Below are positions 41,541-50,434 of a stretch of DNA of 64,000 nt, piece by piece. The notes beneath the pieces are model-generated. The model was not told where the DNA came from. It ran no database searches and worked only from the letters and a program-made list of their open reading frames with translations. Positions within the stretch are counted from its first letter, which is position 1. Every line of letters starts with the position of its first letter. Source of the stretch: Candidatus Marinacidobacterales bacterium (GTDB lineage Bacteria > Acidobacteriota > Vicinamibacteria > Marinacidobacterales > DATDRI01). The DNA lies in contig CBDCNP010000002.1 of assembly GCA_965219415.1 (NCBI GenBank), positions 576,001-640,000 of the forward strand, written 5' to 3'. A program made the position numbers and the translations under genes.

Positions 41541-42655
41541 TCACGAAGGCCGCCGAAGCTCGACTACACCCTCACTCCCCAGCACTGCGAGAGGTCGTTT
41601 CGGGTCAAGTGCTGTCCAACCGAATCCCCGGCGAACGTACCGGTCTTCGCCGGACGCAGGATCACGTGATCCAAGATTGGAAACGGTCGCACGCTGTAGG
41701 ACTCCAGAGTCTCGGGAAATCATGCCGGCGCTGGCTCGCGGTTCGGTCTGGAAGCCAGACGGTTTTCTCTGAGAACGTCTCTTTAGGGGCAAGGGCTTTT
41801 CGATGACACCCAATGGCCCTTCCCAAGTCAGCCGGTTGGGAGCCCAGCCCTTGACCTTCAATCGCCCTCCGGTGATCGCCGCGTGACAGACCGCGCAGAG
41901 CGTGTGGAGATTCCAGGTCTCATCGGGACCGCCACGAGCCCGCGGAATGATGTGATTCGCGGTTAGAGCGGTTCGATTACTGCACCCGGGCCGGGTGCAC
42001 TTCCATCCGTCCCGCTCCGCGACTTTCCGAACATAGCCACCGTCAGTTTCCGGACCGTCTCCGAATGCAGGCGTTGTTGCATACCCACAAAGCGCCTCCG
42101 CGCACATGAGGTCGAAGACTTCGATGTCGCTCAGTGTTTTCCCCGCCAATCGCTCGAGGGCTTCCCGCGCCTGCTCCCAAGCTTCGACGCGTTCGCCCTT
42201 CGAGAACAAAGAAGAGGGATTTCCTCGTCGTCGGAGGCTGTTTCCTTTTCACTTCCTGCTCGAGCTGACGATTGCTCATGCTGTTACAGCGGTCGAGCCA
42301 CTTGGCCTCGGTCTTCGGTGTCGCGACTTTCACGACTTCCCTCGCCTTGGTCCAAGGAATGTCCCCTCGCCGGAAGGCCTTCTTCAACCTAGGCAACTCT
42401 TCGAAACGCTCCGCCATGTGCAACAGCGAGCGCGTCTTTCGATCCTCGAAGCCGAGACTTTCGCGGGCGTAGTCGACGGTCGAGGCAAAGCCGTACCTGA
42501 GATAAAGCCGTCGGGTCTCGACTTCCTGAAGATAGAAGCACAAGACGGACTCCACGCGGCGATGCACGCGGGCCGCGGCGACGAGGCCCCGATCGACCTC
42601 GCTCGGGGGGAAGACCTTTCTTCATTTCGAGAGCGGCTGCAGCAGACAGGGACAT
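41541..42655 (-). pseudogene. DUF222-like/HNH endonuclease protein, frameshifted
   Basis: 'LYLRYGFASTVDYARESLG', 'IPWTKAREV', HNH 'ERDGWKCTRPGC....HIIPRARGGPDETWNLHTLCAVCH'. Confidence 0.8.
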
Positions 42656-43072
42656 GACACTAACTCCTTTTAAAATGAATGGCTTAACAAGAAATCTTCA
42701 CACTTCAATATAGGAGTATGTTAGGTGAAAGTCAAGAGTATTTAAGTTGTGTAATTATCTGAAAACAAAAGGATTAGAAGAAAAATCGGATGGTGAGAGA
42801 TCTGGGCGTTACCTCTTAACTTGCTGATAAAAAGCCACTTGCCTACTGCTTCGCGTCAAGACCGGATGTGATCGAAGGTCCGAGTCCCCCGAGCCGCCCG
42901 GGGTGTTCTGCTTCCCCTCTGGTCAAGTCCTATCGGCTAGGACAAACCGAAGCTTCCGCTACACCTTCAGTCCCCTATACCTGCTGGACGGTCGTTCCGC
43001 CGCGGCTAGCCTCATGGCAACTCCCCATCTTGGCAGCAAGCCAGTTCAATCTTGTAAAATACCCAGTTGACG

Positions 43073-43966
43073 ATGAAGAACCTGGTTCCACTGCCGTATC
43101 GCCGTGTCTCCGTCCAGCCTTACCAAGGCCAGATGACGGAGCCAGCCATCCGCGCCCACCTGATGGGCCGCGAGACCTATCGGCGCACGGATTTCGTCGT
43201 CCTCAGGCAGGGGCAACAGACCGCGGTCGTCGAGGTCACTGCCCCCGACCGAGAGAGCCTCTTCAGCCCCATCGATTCCGTCCGCATCGTGGCCCTGCCC
43301 GAAACATGTGTCTTCGTCGAAGCCTCAGAGACCGACCCGGCCAACCCGTCCTCCCTCGCCGCCAAGGCGCACGAGCTCGGAATCGAAGGCGAGCAAACAC
43401 TCGTGGTACGCGGCAAGTACGAGCACGTCGGTTTCATTCATCACCCCGAACCAATGGTCATCCGTGTCGTGGAGGTCTCTCCGCCCGAGCCACCCAAATT
43501 GTTCGACCTCGCCCAACGCGTACTCGGTTACGCGGAGCTTCCACCGATCCGGTTGGAGCTCACACGGATCGACCTGATCGAGCTCGCCGAAGGCCACTCT
43601 CCTTCCTCCTTCTTAGTGCCTTGCCGCTCTGGAGGACTGGAAGCGCTCAAGGCGCCGGTGCACTTTCTGGACGAGCGCCCCGAGCGGCACGACTGGACGA
43701 TGATCGGATGCGAACGCAGTTTGCAGTTCCACCGCCATTTCTACGGCGACGAGCCGCCCCGCATAGAGCTCTGCCCTCGCCAACTGGCGGGCAACAACGA
43801 CACACCAACGCTACTCAAATGCTGCCTGCTCGAGTTCGACACCGAGCTCGACGGAAGCACGGTGGCGGCGCCGTGGGGTGCCGACTTGGCGATGGTGGAA
43901 AAGGCCATCCGCCAACTCGTGGCGGTCGCCGAGCCCGCACCCGCCGGCGCATCTAAAGTTCCCTGA
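43073..43966 (+). CDS. Cys-rich hypothetical protein, first gene of the comA operon (possible XcbA-like / metal-binding)
   Basis: Long intact ORF with GC-rich third positions; Cys motifs PCR, GCERS..FH, CP, KCCL; 25 nt upstream of comA. Confidence 0.75.
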   Translation: MKNLVPLPYRRVSVQPYQGQMTEPAIRAHLMGRETYRRTDFVVLRQGQQTAVVEVTAPDRESLFSPIDSVRIVALPETCVFVEASETDPANPSSLAAKAHELGIEGEQTLVVRGKYEHVGFIHHPEPMVIRVVEVSPPEPPKLFDLAQRVLGYAELPPIRLELTRIDLIELAEGHSPSSFLVPCRSGGLEALKAPVHFLDERPERHDWTMIGCERSLQFHRHFYGDEPPRIELCPRQLAGNNDTPTLLKCCLLEFDTELDGSTVAAPWGADLAMVEKAIRQLVAVAEPAPAGASKVP

Positions 43967-43991
43967 CCGCAATCACCGGAGGAAAGCCTTC

Positions 43992-44828
43992 ATGACCAAA
44001 GCCTGGACTGCCATCTTTCCCGAACTGGCGGCCCGCTCGCGCAAGCCGCGCACTCGCGGGGTGACGATGCTCCTCGACAAGTGCCAGGGCCCCTCGGCCA
44101 CCGAAGATCTCTTGGCGATGTCGGGTGACTACATCGACTTCTGGAAGATGTCCTACGGGACATCGGCTCTCCTCGACGATGGTTTCCTACGTCGTAAGAT
44201 CGAAACCATCGGCCAGCACGACATCATCGTGCATCCCGGCGGTACATTGGCCGAATACGCGATCATGCAAGGTGTCTGCCGAGAATACGTCCGACACTGC
44301 CAGACCCTCGGCTTCACCGGCGTCGAGATTTCGGATGGCACCATCGAGCTCGCGCCCGGTGCCCGACGGGATGCGATTCGGTACGCACGGGATCTCGGCT
44401 TAACCGTTGTCACCGAGGTGGGCAAGAAAGACCCCAACGAACAACCTCCGGTGGAGCTACTCGCAGAGCAAGCACTGGCCGACTTCGATTCGGGAGCCTC
44501 CTGGGTGATCGTCGACGCGCGGGAGTCTGGCCGAGGAGTCGGGGTATTCGATGCGGATGGCTCCGTCCGCGAGGACGCGGTGGATGCCATGGTCGACATC
44601 CTAGAAGGCCATCTCGATAAGATGATCTGGGAGACACCGCTCAAGAAACAGCAGGAGTACTTCGTCATTCGCTTCGGGCCGCACATCGGGCTGGGCAACA
44701 TCCAACCGCGCGACGTCCTGGCGCTGGAAGCGATGCGCACCGGGATCCGCTTCGAGACGTTCCACGCTTTTGCCAAGAAGCTCCTCGAGGAAGCCCAGCA
44801 GGCTCGAGAGACGGCGGACGAGGGATAA
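43992..44828 (+). CDS. comA: Phosphosulfolactate synthase (ComA/XcbB)
   Basis: 'RKPRTRGVTMLLDK', 'YIDFWK..YGTS', 'PGGTLAE', 'VEISDGTI', 'TEVGKK', 'ARESG', 'WETP', 'LGNI', 'LEAMRTG.R'. Confidence 0.92.
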   Translation: MTKAWTAIFPELAARSRKPRTRGVTMLLDKCQGPSATEDLLAMSGDYIDFWKMSYGTSALLDDGFLRRKIETIGQHDIIVHPGGTLAEYAIMQGVCREYVRHCQTLGFTGVEISDGTIELAPGARRDAIRYARDLGLTVVTEVGKKDPNEQPPVELLAEQALADFDSGASWVIVDARESGRGVGVFDADGSVREDAVDAMVDILEGHLDKMIWETPLKKQQEYFVIRFGPHIGLGNIQPRDVLALEAMRTGIRFETFHAFAKKLLEEAQQARETADEG

Positions 44829-44837
44829 AGGATCGCG

Positions 44838-46415
44838 ATGGTGTTTGGCGAACCCCCGTCCGACGAGCTCATCCGAACCGCGTACGCACGCGAAGCGGGC
44901 GACACGGCTATCCTTTGTAAGGGGATGAGCCTGGCCGACATCGCCCACGTCGTGGGGCTGGTCGAATCCAAGATCATTCCCCGCCAAGCGGGAGGCGAGC
45001 TCCTGTGGGCATTGCTGGAAATCCATCCTTCACCGCCGATGGATTTTGCTGTCGATCCCGCCCGCGGTGATTCCTACTCCAACCGGGAGTCCTACCTGAG
45101 AATGCTTACCCCCTCGACCGGGTGGCTGTCGGTGGGCCGAGCGAGACGTGAGTCCACGACCACCGGTTATCGAATCACCGTCCGAGAGCGGCTGCTGAGC
45201 TTGGCCGGCGCACTCGGCGACTGCGCTACGGCGGCACTCGAGCAATGTGACGCGCATCGAGCGACTCTCTTCCCCGACTACACCTACCTGCAGCCGGCTC
45301 AACCGACGGTGTTCGCGCATTACCTGCTCACGTTCGTCTACCCAATGCTCCGGGACCTCGAGCGTCTCGGGGGCGCCTTCGCGCGTACCAACGTTTCGCC
45401 GGCCGGGTGTGGGAGCGTCAACGGAAGCCGACTCCCCTTGGACCGCGAAGCGCTGTCCGCCATGCTCGGCTTCGATCGCCCCATCCCGCATGCACGCGAC
45501 GCCATGTGGCAGGCGGACGGTCCGATCGAAAACGCCGCCCTCATCACTGGAGCGCTGGTCAACCTCGACCGCTTGGCCGAAGACCTGCAGATCTTTTCGA
45601 CATCGGAGTTCGGGCTCGTCGAGTTGGCCGACCGCCACGCGCGCGCGAGCGTGATCATGCCGCAGAAGAAAAACCCGTACTCGCTCGCCTATCTCCGCGG
45701 GCTCGCCGGGGCCTCCATCGGCACTCTCGCTGCGATGGCTGCGGTCGCGAAGACACCTTCCGGACAGATCGACAATCGCATGTTCGCCTATGGCGACGTA
45801 CCACGGGCGCTCGATCACGCGGCGGACGCAGCACGCTTGATGGCCGACGTGCTCCGAGGGATCACGGTGAAGACGGATGTCGCCGAGCGTCGAGCCGCTC
45901 AAGACTTTCTCGGTGCGACCGATTTAGCGGAAGTCATCATGATCGAGTGCGAGATCGACTATAAGACGGCGCACCGCATCGTGGCTCGGGCCATCCGCGA
46001 AGCGCTCGACTCGGGCGAATCGGGGTTGTCCGTGAAACGGCTGGAAGCGAGCGCCGAAGCCACCGTTGGAAAACAGCTCGGTCTCTCGAAGAACAGAATT
46101 CGCGAATCGCTCGACCCGGCGAGTATCGTCGCGACACGCAGCGGCATCGGTGGCGCAGCGAGCGAATCGGTGGGTGAGATGATCGCCGAATGCAGGAAGG
46201 GCCTGAAGGAAAATGAAACGTGGCGTCTCACCACGGGAAGGAAGCTCGTCGAGGCCGAAACTCGGCTGGGAATGAAGGCCACGGTACTGAAGATCGTGCC
46301 CGCCGAGGGGGACGGCTCATCTGGAGCCGAGCGAGCCGAATCGGATTCTTGGGAAAAGGAGTTCGAAGATCTTCCCAAGATGCCTCCGGGGCGCCGCCGG
46401 TTTCCAGCCGAATGA
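44838..46415 (+). CDS. Argininosuccinate-lyase-like (aspartase/fumarase superfamily) enzyme, candidate XcbC
   Basis: 'YTYLQPAQP', 'SPAGCG', 'RLAEDL', variant signature 'SVIMPQKKNP', 'TDLAE'; follows comA. Confidence 0.85.
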   Translation: MVFGEPPSDELIRTAYAREAGDTAILCKGMSLADIAHVVGLVESKIIPRQAGGELLWALLEIHPSPPMDFAVDPARGDSYSNRESYLRMLTPSTGWLSVGRARRESTTTGYRITVRERLLSLAGALGDCATAALEQCDAHRATLFPDYTYLQPAQPTVFAHYLLTFVYPMLRDLERLGGAFARTNVSPAGCGSVNGSRLPLDREALSAMLGFDRPIPHARDAMWQADGPIENAALITGALVNLDRLAEDLQIFSTSEFGLVELADRHARASVIMPQKKNPYSLAYLRGLAGASIGTLAAMAAVAKTPSGQIDNRMFAYGDVPRALDHAADAARLMADVLRGITVKTDVAERRAAQDFLGATDLAEVIMIECEIDYKTAHRIVARAIREALDSGESGLSVKRLEASAEATVGKQLGLSKNRIRESLDPASIVATRSGIGGAASESVGEMIAECRKGLKENETWRLTTGRKLVEAETRLGMKATVLKIVPAEGDGSSGAERAESDSWEKEFEDLPKMPPGRRRFPAE

Positions 46416-46439
46416 CCGCTCCCGTCAGAGCCTAACGTC

Positions 46440-47819
46440 ATGCCATCTCACATTTCCGATTCGCTGATCTACCGGGGTTCATGGGGAACCGAGGAGACGC
46501 GTGCGATATTCGACGACGTGCCCCGAACCCGCGCGTGGCTCGAGATCCTGGCGGTGCTCGCGGAAAGCCAAGCGGAGGTGGGTCTCATCCCCGCCGACGA
46601 TGCCCAGAAAGTGGCGCGCGCCTGCCGAGAGATGACGCTCGACGCCGAGTTCTTCGAGGAGGTCCGCAAGGGTTTCGAGGAAACGAATCACACCACGCTC
46701 GGCCTCATTCGCGCCGTCCAGAAGCGTTGCCCGGAAGGGTCCGGCGAATGGGTCTACTACGGTGCCACCGTGCAAGACATCGCCGACACCTGGACCATGA
46801 TGGCGGTCGCGCAAGTCTGGTCCATCGCGTTCCGAGAGTCGAGAGCGCTCGAAGAGAATCTTCTTCGACTGGCGGAGACACACAAAAACACGGTCATGGC
46901 CGGTCGCACGCACGGCCAGCCGGGACTACCTATCACCTTCGGTTTCAAGGCAGCGGTTTGGGCGAGCGAAACTCGACGCCACATCGCGCGCCTCAAAGAC
47001 ATTAGACATCGCCTCGGAGTGGGGCAACTTGCGGGCGGCGTAGGCAGCATGTCCTCGTTGGGCCCGCAGGCGTTCACGCTGCAGGAAAAGTTCTGTTCTC
47101 GTCTGGGGCTTCAATCGCCGGATATCTCATGGACCACCGCGCGGGACGTTCTGGTGGAGTGGTTCCAGCTGCTCACTTTGATATCAGGTACCGCGGACAA
47201 GATGGGGCATGAGATCTACAACCTGCAGCGTCCCGAGATCGGCGAGGTCAGTGAAGGTTTCGTACCGGGAACGGTGGGGAGCATCACCATGCCACACAAG
47301 CGTAACCCCGAGATCGCGGAGCACCTGGGAACGCTGGCAAGAGTGATCCGACACAACACGGCTCTCCTGGCTGAATCTCAAGTGCACGACCACGAGCGGG
47401 ACGGACGGGCTTGGAAATCGGAGTGGGCGGTTCTCGCCGAGACCTCGATGGCGGCGGCGAAATTGCTCGAGTTAACCAACACAATGACCGAACATCTCGA
47501 CGTCCACGCCGACCGGGCGCTCGCTAATCTGGAAGCGAGCCAAGGCTTCGTGCTGTCAGAAGCCGTCATGCTGAAGCTTGCGGAGTATGTTGGCAAGCAA
47601 AGTGCCCACACGCTGGTGTACGAGACCGCGATGAAGGCACACGACGAGGGGCGTCCGCTAAAGGACGCCATTCTGAAGAATGATGCCATCTGCAAGCACC
47701 TGTCCGCGGAGGCCATCGAGGATCTGTTCGACTACCGGCGACATGCGGGTTTCTGTAGCGAGCAAGTCGATCGGGTGCTGGAGCGGGCGAGGAAGGAGAG
47801 GGAGAGCGACTCGGAATGA
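46440..47819 (+). CDS. Adenylosuccinate-lyase-like enzyme, candidate XcbD
   Basis: 'GATVQDI.DT', 'GRTHGQ..LPITFG.K', variant signature 'GSITMPHKRNP', 'HERD', C-terminal ADSL domain. Confidence 0.85.
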   Translation: MPSHISDSLIYRGSWGTEETRAIFDDVPRTRAWLEILAVLAESQAEVGLIPADDAQKVARACREMTLDAEFFEEVRKGFEETNHTTLGLIRAVQKRCPEGSGEWVYYGATVQDIADTWTMMAVAQVWSIAFRESRALEENLLRLAETHKNTVMAGRTHGQPGLPITFGFKAAVWASETRRHIARLKDIRHRLGVGQLAGGVGSMSSLGPQAFTLQEKFCSRLGLQSPDISWTTARDVLVEWFQLLTLISGTADKMGHEIYNLQRPEIGEVSEGFVPGTVGSITMPHKRNPEIAEHLGTLARVIRHNTALLAESQVHDHERDGRAWKSEWAVLAETSMAAAKLLELTNTMTEHLDVHADRALANLEASQGFVLSEAVMLKLAEYVGKQSAHTLVYETAMKAHDEGRPLKDAILKNDAICKHLSAEAIEDLFDYRRHAGFCSEQVDRVLERARKERESDSE

Positions 47820-48235
47820 AAACCTATTTCTACATCGGGCTGGCACTGATTCCACTCACCTTCGGAGCGTGTGGCAACGGAGCCGGCTCCAAGAGTGCCG
47901 AAGCCAACATCAAACCCCTCCCTATCGGCAACCCGGCAGACGGAGAAAGCGTCTTCATGGGTACGTGCATCAAGTGCCACGGCAAAGATGCAACCGGAAT
48001 CGAAGGTTCAGGAACGAACCTGACCATCAGCGATTTCGTCAGAAATCATGCGGATGCCGAGTTGGTGGACTACATCAAGACCGGACGCCCGATGAACGAC
48101 CCACTCAACACGACGGGCATCGCCATGCCCCCGTACGGCGCCAATCCGATGCTAACCGATCAGGATCTCGCAGACGTCGTTTCGTACCTCAGGACCGTCC
48201 TTAGAACCTCGACCATGGAAAACAACGACAAGTGA
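47816..48235 (+). CDS. Monoheme cytochrome c, probable lipoprotein
   Basis: Lipobox-like FGAC; CIKCH heme motif; distal 'AMPPYG'; ATGA overlap with the upstream lyase. Confidence 0.85.
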   Translation: MKTYFYIGLALIPLTFGACGNGAGSKSAEANIKPLPIGNPADGESVFMGTCIKCHGKDATGIEGSGTNLTISDFVRNHADAELVDYIKTGRPMNDPLNTTGIAMPPYGANPMLTDQDLADVVSYLRTVLRTSTMENNDK

Positions 48236-48251
48236 CGAAGAGACAACCAAT

Positions 48252-49247
48252 ATGTCGACACCCTCTCGTTTCGAGCTAGCCATTCTACCTACACCCCTCG
48301 TCGAGGCCTCGCGTTTATCGCGAGCTCTCGAGGGTCCCCGAATCCTTATCAAGCGCGACGACCTGACGGGTTTCGGTTTCGGTGGCAACAAAGTACGTGG
48401 ACTCGAGTATTCCATCGCCGACGCCACCGCCAAAGAAGCCGATGTTGTCGTCACCGGTGCGGGACCGCAATCGAATCACATCCGCGCCACCGCGGCCGCG
48501 GCGCGGGCAGCGGGGCTCGATGTGGTCGCCGTCATGCACGGCGAGCGACCCGCCGAGACGCAGGGCAATCTTCTTCTCGATCAATGGCTAGATGTCGAGA
48601 CGCGATTCACAAATGATCCCGACCGCAGCCTCTTGGATCAAAAGATCGAGGAAGTCGCGGAGGAGCTCCGGCAATCGGGGCGACGACCGTATGTCATTCC
48701 TCGGGGAGGTTCTTCGGCGATCAGTGCCTGCGGTTACGTGCAGTGTGCCCGCGAATTGGGAGACCAGCTCGTAGATCTAGGTGCTCGACCGCACTGGCTG
48801 ATCCTGGCCACCGGAGGCGGCGGCACGCATGCGGGCCTCCTCGCCGGTTCGAAGATCTACGATGCGCCGTATCGCATTCTCGGTGTCACCGTAAGCCGCC
48901 CGGCCGATGAGTGCGAGGAGCGGATCGCACACCTGGCCCGCGAGGCGGCACAGCTCTTCCGACCTCAAGGGGAAGCCATCCACATCACCCCCGACGACAT
49001 CTCGGTCCGCGACGGTTTTATCGGTGACGGGTATGGGATCCCCTCACCTGAGGGCATCGAAGCGATCCGCCTGCTGAGCCGGACAGAGGGGTTGTTCTTG
49101 GATCCGACTTACACCGGTAAGGCCATGGCGGGGCTCATCGGCGAGATCCGATCGGGGCGCATTAGAAAAGGCGAGACGGTCGTCTTCGTTCACACCGGCG
49201 GAGAGCCTGCCCTCTTTGCCCACCCGGAGATCGCGACGCGTTCATGA
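48252..49247 (+). CDS. PLP-dependent D-cysteine desulfhydrase/ACC deaminase family protein, candidate XcbE
   Basis: 'PTPL', 'IKRDDL...FGGNKVR', 'QSNH', 'TEGLFLDPTYTGK', 'FVHTGG'. Confidence 0.9.
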   Translation: MSTPSRFELAILPTPLVEASRLSRALEGPRILIKRDDLTGFGFGGNKVRGLEYSIADATAKEADVVVTGAGPQSNHIRATAAAARAAGLDVVAVMHGERPAETQGNLLLDQWLDVETRFTNDPDRSLLDQKIEEVAEELRQSGRRPYVIPRGGSSAISACGYVQCARELGDQLVDLGARPHWLILATGGGGTHAGLLAGSKIYDAPYRILGVTVSRPADECEERIAHLAREAAQLFRPQGEAIHITPDDISVRDGFIGDGYGIPSPEGIEAIRLLSRTEGLFLDPTYTGKAMAGLIGEIRSGRIRKGETVVFVHTGGEPALFAHPEIATRS

Positions 49248-50326
49248 AGAAGAGCCTGCCCGCTGCGACGTACCTGACTGCCACGCTCTTACTAGTCTTA
49301 CTCACAGGGCTCACCGGCGGCGCGCCGCGGGAAGAGCCTCACGCCATCTGGGAAGCCGACAACCCGATCCAGCCGATCCCCGCGAGTCCTCTGGGCATAG
49401 ATATACGGCTCCATCGCCTGAAGGACCCCCCCACTCCCGAAACGGTGCGACTCGGTCGATGGCTTTTTTTCGATGAACGACTCTCTGCCGATGGGACGGT
49501 CTCCTGCGGGACCTGCCATCGTCCGGAGAACGCGTTTTCCGAGCCGAAACCGGTGTCGACCGGAGTTCATGGGCAAACGGGAACCCGCAAGGCCCCGACG
49601 ATCGTAAACCTGTCGAGAAGCCTCTACCCATCTCTCTTTTGGGACGGTCGAGCCGCAACGCTCGAAGCACAGGCTCTGCTCCCGATCGTCAATCCGATCG
49701 AAATGGGAAACAGCGTGGAGGCGGCTCTCGAAACACTTCGCTCCATCGAGGGTTACCGGAAGTATTTCGAGGAAGCCTTTGGATCACGCGAGGTCACCCC
49801 ACAACGCGTAACACGTGCCATCGCCGATTACGAGAGGACACGACGGAGTGGCAACTCGCCTTGGGACCGATGGAGCGCCGGAGATGCGAGCGCGCTTTCC
49901 GATGCGGCGCAGTTGGGAAGGCAAATCTTCTTTGGAAGGGGACGCTGCACGCGTTGCCATAACGCGCCGGATTTCACCGACGACGAGTTCCACAACGAAG
50001 GCATCGGATGGGTTCCCGAGACACAATCCTTCCTCGACGAGGGTCGCTTCGCGGTGAGCAAATTGGGCACCGATCGGGGCGCGTTCAAGACTCCCACTCT
50101 ACGGGACGTCGGCCTCCACCCGCCCTTCATGCACGACGGTTCCATCGCAACCCTCCGAGAGGTCGTTGAACACTACAACCGAGGGGGAAACCCCAATCCC
50201 TACCTGGATCCCGTTATCGAACCGCTCGACCTGAAGGAGCCGCAGCTCGAAGGGCTCGTCGCGTTCCTCGAAGCGCTCGCCGGCGAAAGCTACCGGGACG
50301 AGGCGCCCGCAACTTTCCCCAAATGA
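49244..50326 (+). CDS. Diheme cytochrome c peroxidase/MauG-family protein
   Basis: Two CxxCH motifs (CGTCH, CTRCH), 'FWDGRA', 'NPIEMG', 'FKTPTLR', 'MHDGS'; ATGA overlap. Confidence 0.9.
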   Translation: MKKSLPAATYLTATLLLVLLTGLTGGAPREEPHAIWEADNPIQPIPASPLGIDIRLHRLKDPPTPETVRLGRWLFFDERLSADGTVSCGTCHRPENAFSEPKPVSTGVHGQTGTRKAPTIVNLSRSLYPSLFWDGRAATLEAQALLPIVNPIEMGNSVEAALETLRSIEGYRKYFEEAFGSREVTPQRVTRAIADYERTRRSGNSPWDRWSAGDASALSDAAQLGRQIFFGRGRCTRCHNAPDFTDDEFHNEGIGWVPETQSFLDEGRFAVSKLGTDRGAFKTPTLRDVGLHPPFMHDGSIATLREVVEHYNRGGNPNPYLDPVIEPLDLKEPQLEGLVAFLEALAGESYRDEAPATFPK

Positions 50327-50434
50327 TCGACTGAACGCGCGCGCCTCGCGGTCAACCTCCTATTTGACCGATGGAAGCCCGAAAAATAGAATACGCCCGC
50401 CCAAGCAAAGGATTTAAGGAGAGGAAAACCCACG

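Noticed and set aside
44838-47819. Calling these genes housekeeping argH and purB
   Set aside because: Both lack the catalytic loop Ser and sit between comA and a D-cysteine desulfhydrase homologue, with no arg or pur genes nearby.
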